Positions 18,699 through 29,610 of a stretch of DNA of 48,162 bases are shown here, in pieces. A program made the translations under genes and the position numbers. A model generated the notes under the pieces. The model was not told where the DNA came from. It made no database searches and saw nothing but the letters and a program-made list of their open reading frames with translations. Source of the stretch: a bacterium (lineage in GTDB: Bacteria; Coprothermobacterota; Coprothermobacteria; Coprothermobacterales; JAADFF01); NCBI GenBank assembly GCA_027063755.1, contig JAMORD010000040.1, positions 1-48,162 of the forward strand, read 5' to 3'. Position 1 is the first letter of the stretch. Each line of letters starts with the position of its first letter.

Positions 18699-20357
18699 AT
18701 GGCAAATGTGCTTAAGCTCAGTTTGTATACCTCTGAGCCACCGAGCGGTTGGATTTATGACTTATATGAAAATGAAGAGCACCCTGACCGCGGGTGGCTC
18801 TTTTATGCTTTAAGAGGTGTTGAGGAAGGTGATGTTGACGCTCTTGTAGAAGAATTTTTAGACGGTTCTGATGACATGTTTGAGTTTATTAAGCAGTGGC
18901 TTGAGTCTCTTCATAAGAAAAAGCGTGAAGAGGGGAAGAAGGCACAAGGTGTTATACTGTGGTTTTCTGAAGGGAAGGTGCATGCCTTTCCTTTAGGAGG
19001 TCTTCATGTCTTCCAAAATGCCCCACATAGAAAACGATGCTTGACAGACCCTATATACGACTTTACTCATTATCTTAGATGGAAAGTATTTTCTCCCGGA
19101 GATGAAAAGTATAGAGTATCGTACTCTATATATCCCATTACCGGTGAAGATAGCTTTGACATCATGCTTAAAGATGGCTCTAAACCATGGCGTATTACTG
19201 TAGATGCATTTCAAGATGTGTGGAAATCGGGGGAGAAGAAAAAGAAGAAAAGAGTGTCTCCCAAGATTGCAGCACGGAAATATGGACACAGGGCATCGGT
19301 GTGGGTGACATTACTGCTTATATTCTTTGTTGGAGTGTGGTATATTTGGTATCATCATTCGCTACAACTTAACACGCAGAAGCAGGTAGAACATACATCT
19401 ACTCAGACAACATCGTCAACGGGTAGTGCTACAGGCTCAGGTATCAGTTTTATTGAACCTTTGTCTCTTTGGAGTCTTTCTTCTCTTGCCGATATAGCCA
19501 CTCAGACCTATACCGATGTAAAACTACCATTTGGCACAGTATGGGATATGGCCTCTGTGAAGTGGACCGATGGCACATATTTCATTGCATTTACCAACGA
19601 TGTGGGGTCTGCACTGAGAATAGCCTTTGACATTTCTGGTGATATTCCCAAGTATCTTGATAAGTGGCATAAGGCTACGACGATTTCCAGATCGGCCATT
19701 GAGGGTGTTAACTGGAATAGCCCTAAGACATTTGTTAGCCCGGATTTGGCTGGAGGAAAACTTGTTCTAAAGTCTACATTTGTCAATTCCTCTTGGGGAA
19801 CATTTGATGGTTTGTCTGATGCTTTTCTTGACAAGTTAAGAGATGTCTCTATACAGGCAGAGAACTACGATACGACAATTGCTTTACTTACTGACGATAA
19901 AGTATATCTTTACAGCGGTCGTGTTGGTGGTACATTTAAACAGCTGAGGATGCCTATTGCGTTGCCAGAAGGTTATAAAGGCGAAAGAATATATCTCTCA
20001 CCTGCTGGTGATGTGTATGTTCTTGCTTATAGAAATGTCAGAGAGAAGAAGAAATATGCGCTTGTGGTTATGAGGGCATCAGATGATTTTGTACCCGATA
20101 ATCTCATTATAGAGAAGACGGAAAAGTTGCTTGATAACCTTAGTGCCACATTTATTGGGGCACCGTATTTGTGGAAAGAGGGTGTGGTAGCATTCCCAGT
20201 GTCTGGTCCTAAAGATGGTTTGGCACTGATTAATATAGTGACATGGAAGGCTACACTGATTGAGGGAAGAGGTGTAATATATCCTCTGAGTGATGACAAA
20301 CTTGGGGTTGTATTTCAATCATTCTTCTCGTTGTGGGATTTAGAAAGGAGGGACTAA
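18699..20357 (+). CDS. Single-pass membrane protein: PP2C-like (degenerate) N-terminus and beta-rich C-terminal domain
   Basis: Basic stretch KKKKKR before the TM helix SVWVTLLLIFFVGVWYIWY, a Ser/Thr linker, then repeated short beta-strand segments; GGAGGAG SD. Confidence 0.8.
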   Translation: MANVLKLSLYTSEPPSGWIYDLYENEEHPDRGWLFYALRGVEEGDVDALVEEFLDGSDDMFEFIKQWLESLHKKKREEGKKAQGVILWFSEGKVHAFPLGGLHVFQNAPHRKRCLTDPIYDFTHYLRWKVFSPGDEKYRVSYSIYPITGEDSFDIMLKDGSKPWRITVDAFQDVWKSGEKKKKKRVSPKIAARKYGHRASVWVTLLLIFFVGVWYIWYHHSLQLNTQKQVEHTSTQTTSSTGSATGSGISFIEPLSLWSLSSLADIATQTYTDVKLPFGTVWDMASVKWTDGTYFIAFTNDVGSALRIAFDISGDIPKYLDKWHKATTISRSAIEGVNWNSPKTFVSPDLAGGKLVLKSTFVNSSWGTFDGLSDAFLDKLRDVSIQAENYDTTIALLTDDKVYLYSGRVGGTFKQLRMPIALPEGYKGERIYLSPAGDVYVLAYRNVREKKKYALVVMRASDDFVPDNLIIEKTEKLLDNLSATFIGAPYLWKEGVVAFPVSGPKDGLALINIVTWKATLIEGRGVIYPLSDDKLGVVFQSFFSLWDLERRD

Positions 20358-20358
20358 T

Positions 20359-21450
20359 GTGGCGAAGCGTACGGCAATGTACGACCTCCACAAAGAATTG
20401 GGGGCTCGTTTCACGGAGTTTGGGGGATGGGAGATGCCTGTCCGCTACACAACAATTAAGGAGGAACACATGGCGGTTAGGCGAAATGCCGGTGTGTTTG
20501 ATTTGTCCCATATGGGAGAAATTAGGGTTAAAGGTCAAGATGTCGTAGATTTCTTGGGGTATGTTTTGCCTTCCCGTGTAAAGAGTGTTAAAGTGGGCAA
20601 AGCAGTGTATACACCAATGCTCAATGAAAATGCCGGTATTGTTGATGATTTGATTTTCTATCGTATTGCCGATGATGAGTATCTACTTATTGTCAACGCA
20701 TCTAATGTGGAGAAAGACTTTGCACACCTTGCTAAACATGTGGGAGAAAGAGATGTAGAGCTTATTGATGAATCTGCAGAGTGGTCTCTTGTTGCCATAC
20801 AGGGACCTAAGGCAGAAGATATTGTTGCCAAAGTAGCCGAAGGGGTGAATGTGCGTGAGATACCATTCTTTGGTTTTGCCTTTGGTAAAATTGCCGGTAT
20901 GCCAGTGTCTATTGCCCGCACAGGTTATACAGGTGAGGATGGTTTTGAGATACTTGTAGAGTGGGATAAGGGGCCAGAACTAATGAAAGTACTGCTTGAT
21001 GCTGGTAAAGATGAAGGTGTTCTTCCTTGTGGACTAGGTGCCAGAGATTCTTTGAGATTGGAAGCAGGTTTCCCACTGTACGGTGAAGATATGGATGATG
21101 GTACCACACCTGTTGAGGCTAACCTCATGAGATTTATTCGCATGAAAAAGAAGTCTTTTCTTGGCAAAGAGGCATTGCAGAAGAAGATAGAGGAAGATCC
21201 TCTTCTGAGAAGAACGGGTATTGTTATGCTGGACCGTGCTATTCCCCGTCATGGTAGTAAGATATATAAGGGGGATGAAGAGATAGGATATGTTTCCAGT
21301 GGAACATTTGGCCCGGCTGTTGGTGCCGGTATTGCACAGGTGTATATTCCATATACCCTTGAAAAGGGTACAGAAATTATGGTAGAAATAAGGGGAAAGC
21401 TCCACCCTGCTAAAGTTGTGGGGCTTCCTATATATCGCAAAGACTCTTAA
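20359..21450 (+). CDS. gcvT: Glycine cleavage aminomethyltransferase T
   Basis: FGGWEMP, FDLSHMG, RTGYTGEDGFE and GLGARDSLRLEAG motifs. Confidence 0.98.
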   Translation: MAKRTAMYDLHKELGARFTEFGGWEMPVRYTTIKEEHMAVRRNAGVFDLSHMGEIRVKGQDVVDFLGYVLPSRVKSVKVGKAVYTPMLNENAGIVDDLIFYRIADDEYLLIVNASNVEKDFAHLAKHVGERDVELIDESAEWSLVAIQGPKAEDIVAKVAEGVNVREIPFFGFAFGKIAGMPVSIARTGYTGEDGFEILVEWDKGPELMKVLLDAGKDEGVLPCGLGARDSLRLEAGFPLYGEDMDDGTTPVEANLMRFIRMKKKSFLGKEALQKKIEEDPLLRRTGIVMLDRAIPRHGSKIYKGDEEIGYVSSGTFGPAVGAGIAQVYIPYTLEKGTEIMVEIRGKLHPAKVVGLPIYRKDS

Positions 21451-21464
21451 GGAGGTGAAGAGGG

Positions 21465-21851
21465 GTGAATTTTCCAGAAAATTTGTTCTATTCTGAGGAG
21501 CACGAATGGGTTGAGAAAATTGGTCCCAAAAAGGTGCGTGTAGGTATTACAGATCACGCTCAGTCTGAGCTTGGTGACATTGTATTTGTTGAGCTTCCAG
21601 AGATTGGAAAGGAGCTTACTGCTGGAGATACATTGGCGGTCGTAGAATCTGTTAAGTCTGCTGCCGATGTTTACAGCCCTGTCAGTGGTAAAGTTATTGA
21701 AGTTAACGAGGAACTGAATGATCGCCCCGAGCTTATTAACGAGGATCCATATGGGGACGGTTGGATTGCCGTCTTGGAGCTTGAGGATCCTTCTGAGCTT
21801 GACAACCTTATGACAGCCGATGAATACAAGAGAATGATAGGGGAGGAATGA
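21465..21851 (+). CDS. gcvH: Glycine cleavage protein H
   Basis: HEW, GITDHAQ, VESVK (lipoyl Lys) and N.DPYG.GW motifs. Confidence 0.98.
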   Translation: MNFPENLFYSEEHEWVEKIGPKKVRVGITDHAQSELGDIVFVELPEIGKELTAGDTLAVVESVKSAADVYSPVSGKVIEVNEELNDRPELINEDPYGDGWIAVLELEDPSELDNLMTADEYKRMIGEE

Positions 21852-21854
21852 TAT

Positions 21855-23231
21855 ATGAGATACACACCTCATCGTCCGAACGAAATAGATGAGATGCTTC
21901 GGACGATTGGGGTGAGCAGTATAGACGACCTCTTTAAAGATATACCAGAGCAGTTGAAAGAAAAGGCAGAGGGAGCTTTTCAAGCTCTCTCTGCCCCTAT
22001 GACAGAGAAGGAACTGAGCTTTTACATGGACAACCTTGCCGATGAGAATTATGATTTGTTTGAAGTTGTCTCTTTCATGGGGGCCGGTGTATATCCACAC
22101 TATGTGCCTTCTGTTGTAGATACTATTTCTTCGCGAGGAGAGTTCTATACTGCTTACACCCCTTATCAGGCTGAAGCATCTCAGGGATCACTTCATGTCT
22201 CATTTGAGTGGCAGACGTATATTGCCAGATTGACCGGTATGGATGTGGCTAACGCATCTATGTACGATGCCGGTTCAGCTACTGCAGAAGCTGTCTACAT
22301 GGCTATTCGTATCCACCGTGGTAAGAGAAACAAGGTTATTATTGCCTCTACACTTCATCCAGAAATTAAAGAAGTGCTGAAGACATATCTTGAACCCAAG
22401 GGCACTATTATAGAAGAGATTCGCTATGATAAAGAAACAGGTCGTATAGATGTAGAACATCTAAAAGATCTTGTAGATGAGGATACCCTTGCTGTTATTG
22501 TTCAGTCTCCGAACTTCTTCGGTATTATTGAAGATGAGAAAGATGCCGTTGAGATAACCCATGAGAAAGGAGCTTTATATATAGCCACTATTCTTGAGCC
22601 TCTTGCCTACGGGCTTATTAAGCCAGCCGGCTACTATGGTGCCGATATTGTTGTAGGTGATGCCATAGGTCTTGGGAACTATCCTGCCTATGGTGGTCCC
22701 GGGGTTGGTTTTCTTGCAACGAGAAGCAAGTATATTAGACAGATGCCGGGTAGACTTGTTGGTGAGACAACAGATGTTGAGGGAACAAGAGGCTATGTGC
22801 TGACACTGCAGACAAGAGAACAGCATATTAGAAGGGCAAAGGCCACATCTAATATTACCTCTAACCACTTCCTGATGGCCTTGAGGGCCACGGTGTATAT
22901 GGCCCTTCTTGGTCGCACGGGCTTCAAGAAACTGGCATATGTTAACTACAAAATAGCCCACTATGCCAAGGAGAAACTTGAGGCCATTGAAGGTGTAGAG
23001 GTGCCATTTAGTGGTCCATTCTTTAACGAATTTACTGTGAAACTGCCTGTTTCTGCCCAGCATGTATTTGATCATATGGCTGCTGAGGGTATTTACCCCG
23101 GTGTGCCACTGCACAGGTTCTTTGGCCCTGCCTATGAAAATTACATGCTTATTGCCACAACAGAGCTTCACAGCAAAGAGGATATTGATGGGCTTGCCTC
23201 CCACCTGTTGGAGGTGATTAAGAATGGCTGA
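21855..23231 (+). CDS. gcvPA: Glycine dehydrogenase subunit 1
   Basis: TAYTPYQAEASQG, NASMYD and REQHIRRAKATSNI motifs. Confidence 0.97.
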   Translation: MRYTPHRPNEIDEMLRTIGVSSIDDLFKDIPEQLKEKAEGAFQALSAPMTEKELSFYMDNLADENYDLFEVVSFMGAGVYPHYVPSVVDTISSRGEFYTAYTPYQAEASQGSLHVSFEWQTYIARLTGMDVANASMYDAGSATAEAVYMAIRIHRGKRNKVIIASTLHPEIKEVLKTYLEPKGTIIEEIRYDKETGRIDVEHLKDLVDEDTLAVIVQSPNFFGIIEDEKDAVEITHEKGALYIATILEPLAYGLIKPAGYYGADIVVGDAIGLGNYPAYGGPGVGFLATRSKYIRQMPGRLVGETTDVEGTRGYVLTLQTREQHIRRAKATSNITSNHFLMALRATVYMALLGRTGFKKLAYVNYKIAHYAKEKLEAIEGVEVPFSGPFFNEFTVKLPVSAQHVFDHMAAEGIYPGVPLHRFFGPAYENYMLIATTELHSKEDIDGLASHLLEVIKNG

Positions 23232-24696
23232 TAAGATACTGGAATATCTCATATTTGAGCTTGATGGGCTTGGTGAGTCTACATATGAGGTAGATGACCC
23301 TATTGGAGATGATTTTTCTGTTGATGTGCCAGAGGAACTTATGAGAGATGACCTGCCTTTTCCCGATGTACCGGAGGTGGAAGTTGTTAGACACTATACA
23401 AGACTATCTCAGCTGAATTTCTCTGTTGATACGGGCTTTTATCCACTGGGTTCTTGTACAATGAAGTACAATCCTAAGATTCATGAGCATGTGGCATCTG
23501 ATGCCAGATTTGCCATGCTTCATCCGTACCAGCCCGATGAAGATGTTCAGGGAGCATTGGCTGTAATGTATCACCTGTCAGAGCTTCTTCAGGAGATTAC
23601 TGGTATGGATGCCATTTCACTCCATCCGGCAGCCGGTGCCCACGGTGAGCTGACAGGTACATTTATTGCCCGTGCTTACTTCAGACATAAAGGTGAAACG
23701 CAGAGACATATAGCTATTATTCCTGATAGTGCCCATGGCACAAATCCTGCATCTGCTGCAATGGCAGGCTTTGATGTTATAGAGGTTAAGTCTAACGAAA
23801 AAGGGCAGGTTGATATGGATGCCCTTCGTGAAATTGTTGGTAAATATGGTGATGAGATAGCTATTATTATGCTTACCAACCCCAATACACTTGGTGTATT
23901 TGAAGAGAACATTTTGGAGATTGCAGAGCTTATTCACGGTGTGGGAGGTCTTCTTTACTACGATGGTGCTAACCTCAATGGTATTCTTGGTATGGCAAGA
24001 CCCGGTGATATGGGCTTTGATATTGTGCATCTGAACCTTCACAAGACATTCTCTGCACCACACGGTGGAGGTGGTCCTGGTAGTGGTCCTATTGGTGTGA
24101 AAGAGCACCTGAAAGACTTCTTGCCAGTGCCTACCGTGATATATGACGAAGAGAGTGGTATGTTTAAGCTAAACTATGATATACCACACAGCATTGGTAG
24201 AATGAGAATGTTCCATGCCAATTTCTTGGTGCTTTTAAAGTCTTATATGTATATAATATCTTTGGGCGGCGAAGGCCTCAGACAGGTGGGAAGACTCGCG
24301 GTACTCAATGCCAACTATTTGGCAGCCAAGGTAAAGAAATACTTCCCAATACCATATGGAGAATTATATAAACATGAGTTTGTTGCCACTGGTAAGGTTC
24401 TAAAAGACCAGGGAGTGAAGACGCTGGATATTGCCAAGAGACTCATAGACTTTGGTGTGCATCCACCAACCATTTATTTCCCACTAATTGTGTCTGAGGC
24501 GTTGATGATAGAGCCTACTGAGACAGAAACAAAATACAACCTTGATATGTATGCAGCGGCACTGGAGACAATATTTAGGGAGGCCCATGAGAATCCGGAA
24601 ATGCTTCATAGTGCTCCGAATAATGCCCCTATCGGTAGGCTTGACGATGTAAAAGCCGTCAAACAGCTGAAAGTTGTATACACAGAGGAAGAGTAA
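23224..24696 (+). CDS. gcvPB: Glycine dehydrogenase subunit 2
   Basis: PLGSCTMKYN, SAHGTNPASA, LNLHKTF (PLP Lys) and PHGGGGPG motifs. Confidence 0.97.
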   Translation: MADKILEYLIFELDGLGESTYEVDDPIGDDFSVDVPEELMRDDLPFPDVPEVEVVRHYTRLSQLNFSVDTGFYPLGSCTMKYNPKIHEHVASDARFAMLHPYQPDEDVQGALAVMYHLSELLQEITGMDAISLHPAAGAHGELTGTFIARAYFRHKGETQRHIAIIPDSAHGTNPASAAMAGFDVIEVKSNEKGQVDMDALREIVGKYGDEIAIIMLTNPNTLGVFEENILEIAELIHGVGGLLYYDGANLNGILGMARPGDMGFDIVHLNLHKTFSAPHGGGGPGSGPIGVKEHLKDFLPVPTVIYDEESGMFKLNYDIPHSIGRMRMFHANFLVLLKSYMYIISLGGEGLRQVGRLAVLNANYLAAKVKKYFPIPYGELYKHEFVATGKVLKDQGVKTLDIAKRLIDFGVHPPTIYFPLIVSEALMIEPTETETKYNLDMYAAALETIFREAHENPEMLHSAPNNAPIGRLDDVKAVKQLKVVYTEEE

Positions 24697-24711
24697 AGTA
24701 GGGAGGGATTA

Positions 24712-26268
24712 ATGTTGGATGAAATGAAGAAGCGTCTTGCTATGTATCTAAAGACGAACTATAAATACAACGAGCTAAGGAAACTGGGTAAAGACATTGG
24801 TGTGTCTAAGCTGGGTAGTTTAACAAAGGCAGAGATGTCTGAAAGGATAGCAACATATGTCTTAGAGAATACTGAAGAGGCCCTTTTATCTTTAAAAGAC
24901 CATGGATATAACGATATTTATAAATTTGTGAAGGATTTGCTCCAGGAGGCTGAGGCAGAGGAAGATGTCCAGCCTCCTGTTTCTGAAGAGGCAAAAGAGA
25001 CGGAGAAAGTCAAAGAAGATACTGCAGAAGAAGTAGAAAAAGAAGAGAAGTCTACGAAGACAGCTGAGAAGAAGTCAGAGAAGAAAAGTGCCCATGTGGA
25101 GGTAAAAGACCGCACATTTGAAGAGAAAGGCATTCTTGTATTGAAACGGAATAAGGACAATAGGGGGCAACAGAAAGAACAATGGTTTTTAAAGGTTACT
25201 AAAGGCACACCACCAAGGTGGATGGATGTTTATGTGTCTCCTAAGCAGGTGGCAAGGTTTAACCTTCGCCCCGGTGACGAAATAGAGGGCCTTATGAGAG
25301 ATCCACATCCGGGGGAAAACTATCATTCTCTTCTCCAGATACACAAGATTAACCGTATACCTGTAGAAGAGTTTGATAAGAAGTATAAAAAGAGACCAGA
25401 ATTTGAAGAACTGACGCCCATCTTCCCCGAAGAGCGTTTTAACCTCTATTTGGGACCTAAAGTGCTAACGACCCGTATCATTGACCTGTTTTCACCTATA
25501 GGTAAAGGTCAGCGTGGGCTCATTGTTGCCCCTCCAAAGGCAGGTAAGACCACGATTATCAAGGATATTGCCAAAGCTATTACGAAAAATCACCCCGAGG
25601 TTGAGGTTATTATCTTGCTTATAGATGAGAGGCCTGAAGAAGTTACCTATATGAGGGATAATGTACCCAAGGCCAAAGTTATTGCATCTACATTTGATCT
25701 TGAGCCTACTTATCATGAGCAGGTGGCAGATATTGTACTGAACTATGCCAAGAGACAGGCGGAGATAGGTAGAGATGTGCTTATTCTGCTTGATGGCATT
25801 ACCCGTATGACAAGGGCATATAACCTCAACTTACCGGCTTCTGGTAGGACCCTCTCAGGTGGTCTTGATCCTGCGGCCTTTATGGGACCCAAGCGTTTCT
25901 TTGGTGCTGCCAGGAACTTTAGAGAGGGAGGTAGCCTTACTATATTGGCTACAGCGCTTGTGGAGACTGGTAGTCGCATGGATGAGGTTATCTTTGAAGA
26001 GTTTAAAGGAACGGGTAATATGGAACTGGTACTTGATAGAAAATTGGCTGAAAGGCGTATATATCCTGCTATTGATGTGCACCGCAGTGGTACGAGACAC
26101 GAGGAAAAGCTATACAGTGAGGATGAGCGTAAAGCTGTCTGGTATCTGAGGCGTATTCTCAGTGAAAGGGATAACATGGCAGCACTTCAGGAGCTTATCA
26201 ATTACCTAAAAGAAACAAATACCAATGAGGAATTTCTTGGTCTTATGATGAAAACACTTAAAGGGTGA
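24712..26268 (+). CDS. rho: Transcription termination factor Rho with a charged N-terminal insertion
   Basis: GKGQRGLIVAPPKAGKT, LIDERPEEVT and FEEFKGTGNME motifs. Confidence 0.98.
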   Translation: MLDEMKKRLAMYLKTNYKYNELRKLGKDIGVSKLGSLTKAEMSERIATYVLENTEEALLSLKDHGYNDIYKFVKDLLQEAEAEEDVQPPVSEEAKETEKVKEDTAEEVEKEEKSTKTAEKKSEKKSAHVEVKDRTFEEKGILVLKRNKDNRGQQKEQWFLKVTKGTPPRWMDVYVSPKQVARFNLRPGDEIEGLMRDPHPGENYHSLLQIHKINRIPVEEFDKKYKKRPEFEELTPIFPEERFNLYLGPKVLTTRIIDLFSPIGKGQRGLIVAPPKAGKTTIIKDIAKAITKNHPEVEVIILLIDERPEEVTYMRDNVPKAKVIASTFDLEPTYHEQVADIVLNYAKRQAEIGRDVLILLDGITRMTRAYNLNLPASGRTLSGGLDPAAFMGPKRFFGAARNFREGGSLTILATALVETGSRMDEVIFEEFKGTGNMELVLDRKLAERRIYPAIDVHRSGTRHEEKLYSEDERKAVWYLRRILSERDNMAALQELINYLKETNTNEEFLGLMMKTLKG

Positions 26269-26275
26269 TGTATCG

Positions 26276-27004
26276 GTGATAAGGGTAAAGCTCCTTGCAC
26301 ACACACCAAACCCAGATGCTGTTGTTTATTATGCTACGAAACTGACATACACTACGGATGAGCCACTACAGATGTGGGATGAGATACTAACCCACAAAGA
26401 TGAGCCCAAATATAAAAGGCGCATGAAAAAACTTATACACACTGTTTTAAAGCGAGGCCATCATAGTGTGCTTGAGCATGCAAATTTCACATTTATAGTT
26501 GATGGGTGCAGTAGAGTATGCACCCATCAACTTGTTAGGCATAGAATAGCCTCCTATAGTCAGCGGTCTCACAGATACACCGAGATAAATGATGAAGCTT
26601 TTCAGGTGCCACCTACTATTGCAAATAGTGAAGAGGCTATAGCCCTTTATCGGGAGCATATCGGTAAGTCTGTAGACATTTATCATAAACTCATTGACAT
26701 GGGCATACCCAGAGAAGATGCCCGTTTTCTCATTCCTCAAGCTGTGGCATCGCCTATTATGGTGACGATGAATGCCAGAGAGCTTATCCACTTTTTTGGT
26801 CTTAGACTTTGCACCCATGCCCAGTGGGAAATAAGGCAGGCTGCGGCTTTGATGCTAAATGAGGTAAAAAGGGTTGCTCCTATAATATTTGATGGTGTGG
26901 GACCAAGATGTGTTATGCTGGGATATTGTCCTGAAGGTGATGAAGAGTGTTATATGAATGTCGTTTTAACACAGAAAGGGAGAGGTGAAGATAGTGCTTC
27001 CTGA
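26276..27004 (+). CDS. thyX: FAD-dependent thymidylate synthase
   Basis: [22 protein letters not shown] (RHRx7S) and AQWEIR motifs. Confidence 0.97.
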   Translation: MIRVKLLAHTPNPDAVVYYATKLTYTTDEPLQMWDEILTHKDEPKYKRRMKKLIHTVLKRGHHSVLEHANFTFIVDGCSRVCTHQLVRHRIASYSQRSHRYTEINDEAFQVPPTIANSEEAIALYREHIGKSVDIYHKLIDMGIPREDARFLIPQAVASPIMVTMNARELIHFFGLRLCTHAQWEIRQAAALMLNEVKRVAPIIFDGVGPRCVMLGYCPEGDEECYMNVVLTQKGRGEDSAS

Positions 27005-28085
27005 AGAGATTCTTATAAAAAAGTGCAAAGAACTTGTAAGTGAATATGAAAATATAGAGCGTCAGCTTAGCGATCCTTCTACATATTCCGACCAAAACAA
27101 AATGGTAGAACTGTCCCGTAAGAGAAAGGCTCTTCAGAAGGTAGTGCCTACGGCTAAAAGGTATCTAGAACTTATACAGCGTAGAGAAGAAGCAAAGCAG
27201 ATTCTTGAAGAAGAAACTGATGAGGATATGCTGGAACTTGCCAAAGAAGAATTGAAAGAGGTAGAAAAAGAGCTTGAGGAGATGGAAGAGAAACTTCCAG
27301 ATGTATTGGTTCCACCTGACCCTGATGATGAGCGTAATGTCATTATGGAAATTCGTGCCGGCGTTGGGGGTGAAGAGGCAGCTCTGTTTGCTGGAGACCT
27401 CTTTAGAATGTATTCTCGCTATGCCGAGCGTAAGGGGTGGGCGGTAGATGTGCTTTCGGTCAATGAGACTGACCTTGGTGGTATTAAAGAGATTACATTT
27501 GAGGTGAAAGGGGAAGGCGTGTATTCCCATCTGAAATATGAGGGAGGAGTGCACAGGGTTCAGCGTGTGCCTGTTACAGAGTCTGGCGGTAGAATACATA
27601 CCTCTGCTGCATCGGTTGTTGTTATGAAAGAACCAGATGAAGTGGAAATTGATATTAAACCTGAAGATATTGAAATGGAGACATTTCGCTCAGGTGGGAA
27701 AGGTGGCCAACACCAGAATAAGCGTGAAAGTGGTGTGAGACTTATACATAAACCTACAGGTATTACCGTTGTTGTTACCACTGAGAGGTCTCAGCATCAG
27801 AATAGGGCTAAAGCTATGAAGATTTTAAAGGCGAGAGTATACCAGATGATGCAGCAACAACAGGAACAAGAGGTGTCTGCACTTCGTCGCTCTCTTGTGG
27901 GGTCTGGTGATAGAAGTGAGAAGATTCGTACCTATAATTTCCCACAAAGCCGTGTGACAGACCATCGCATAGGTCTAACACTGTATAATCTGGATGCCAT
28001 ACTTGACGGTGACCTTGATGAGTTGGTGCAAGCACTGAGGGTAGCAGAGACAAAAGACAAACTACAGAGTATATCCCAGAGTTGA
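26985..28085 (+). CDS. prfA: Peptide chain release factor 1
   Basis: PVT anticodon-mimic motif, GGQ and IRTYNFPQ; upstream of prmC. Confidence 0.98.
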   Translation: MKIVLPEEILIKKCKELVSEYENIERQLSDPSTYSDQNKMVELSRKRKALQKVVPTAKRYLELIQRREEAKQILEEETDEDMLELAKEELKEVEKELEEMEEKLPDVLVPPDPDDERNVIMEIRAGVGGEEAALFAGDLFRMYSRYAERKGWAVDVLSVNETDLGGIKEITFEVKGEGVYSHLKYEGGVHRVQRVPVTESGGRIHTSAASVVVMKEPDEVEIDIKPEDIEMETFRSGGKGGQHQNKRESGVRLIHKPTGITVVVTTERSQHQNRAKAMKILKARVYQMMQQQQEQEVSALRRSLVGSGDRSEKIRTYNFPQSRVTDHRIGLTLYNLDAILDGDLDELVQALRVAETKDKLQSISQS

Positions 28086-28897
28086 TGGATGTTTTTTCTG
28101 CACGGAAAGTTATCAAAGAAGCCCTCTTGCATACTTATGGCACAGTTTATGAATATGATGTATGCTTTGTTCTAAAGTATTGTTTTGGCTTGTCCTCGTG
28201 TTGGGCTGCATCTACGGATATAGGTGATATCTGGGTGCAAAAGGTTGCTCGCGATATTAGGCAAGGTATTCCCATACAGTATATTTGTGGGATAGAAGAG
28301 TTTAAGGGGAAACCCTTTCTTGTGTTTCCCGGTGTTTTTATTCCCCGTGAGGAGACAGAGGACCTTGTAGATATAGCCATTGATGCCGTGCCTCGGGGAA
28401 GCCGTATACTTGAGATAGGTGTGGGAACAGGAGTTATAAGTATTTCTCTACTTATGAGTAGACGAGATATTATGGCCATGGGGGTAGATATTAATCCTTT
28501 GGCTGTTATCAATACTTTTACCAATGCAAGAAGGTTTGAAGTAGATAGTCGCCTTCAGTTGTATCATGCCGATGTGTTTTCTTTGATAGAAATGCCAATG
28601 TCTTTTGATTTTGTTTTATCTAATCCTCCATATCTGCCAGATAGCGATAGGTTGACTATAGATGAACTTGTCAGTAAAGAACCAGAAAGTGCACTTTATG
28701 GTGGATTTACTGGTGTTGAGTTTATACATAAGGTGATAGATATCCTTATAAAAACAGGTTTTCATGGAGGGTTGCTGTTTGAATTTGATGATACCACTCA
28801 ACACTATCTTAGAAGTCATGAGAAAATGTCTGTCTCAAGGGTAAAATATTACAAAGATAGGTTTGGGAAAGAGAGGTTTGCTCTCGTATGGCTCTAA
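28082..28897 (+). CDS. prmC: Release factor glutamine methyltransferase
   Basis: [20 protein letters not shown] and SNPPY motifs. Confidence 0.95.
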   Translation: MMDVFSARKVIKEALLHTYGTVYEYDVCFVLKYCFGLSSCWAASTDIGDIWVQKVARDIRQGIPIQYICGIEEFKGKPFLVFPGVFIPREETEDLVDIAIDAVPRGSRILEIGVGTGVISISLLMSRRDIMAMGVDINPLAVINTFTNARRFEVDSRLQLYHADVFSLIEMPMSFDFVLSNPPYLPDSDRLTIDELVSKEPESALYGGFTGVEFIHKVIDILIKTGFHGGLLFEFDDTTQHYLRSHEKMSVSRVKYYKDRFGKERFALVWL

Positions 28898-29610
28898 TAA
28901 TATCTGTTGCAGAAATAGGCAAGGTTAGAAGCAATATGGAAGATTATGTGTATCCTGCTCCTGGAACACATATGACAGTTTCACCACCATTTGCCGCTAT
29001 TGTTGCCGATGGTGTTGCCGGTAGCCCATATGGAGAACGTGCCTCTCAGGCTGCTGTAGAGATTGCCATGGCGTACTTCAAAGACATGATGGATAGAGGA
29101 GTGTCTCCCAGTCTTCAGCTTATTAAGGCCATATTTGATAAGGTACAAGAGGCGCTAATATTCTTGCAAGAGGCAGATCCTTCTATGCGGGGTGCTTCAA
29201 CTACTATGAGCATGGCTATATTTGATGATAGTACAGCCTATATTGGTTATGCCGGTGATTCTCCAATATTTCTTATTAGGGGACCCCGTATTAGGCGCAT
29301 TGATGAGCCACATGTTGTTGGCACTTGGGTATATTCTGAGGGTAGTTTAGTGCTTAATACTACACTTGTTAATTGTATGGGGGGCTATCCTGGTATATAT
29401 GCAGGTCCGGGGAAGCATGAATGTTCGCTGAAAAAGGGAGATATTATATTCTTGTCATCTGATGGTGTTACCCTTCATGTATCACCTGAAGAGATTAGAG
29501 ATGCCTTTTTAGAAAAATCCCCTCGTGAGGCTGTACAGCATATCAAACATCTTGTTTATGAGCGAGGGGCATTTGACAATTTTAGCTTCGTGGTGGTTGT
29601 ATGGGAGTAA
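28888..29610 (+). CDS. PP2C-family Ser/Thr phosphatase
   Basis: RSNMED, VADG, GDS, SSDG and DNFS metal-binding motifs intact. Confidence 0.92.
   Translation: MALIISVAEIGKVRSNMEDYVYPAPGTHMTVSPPFAAIVADGVAGSPYGERASQAAVEIAMAYFKDMMDRGVSPSLQLIKAIFDKVQEALIFLQEADPSMRGASTTMSMAIFDDSTAYIGYAGDSPIFLIRGPRIRRIDEPHVVGTWVYSEGSLVLNTTLVNCMGGYPGIYAGPGKHECSLKKGDIIFLSSDGVTLHVSPEEIRDAFLEKSPREAVQHIKHLVYERGAFDNFSFVVVVWE

Noticed and set aside
20300-20358. Glycine riboswitch before gcvT
   Set aside because: No intergenic space; the upstream gene ends 1 nt before gcvT.
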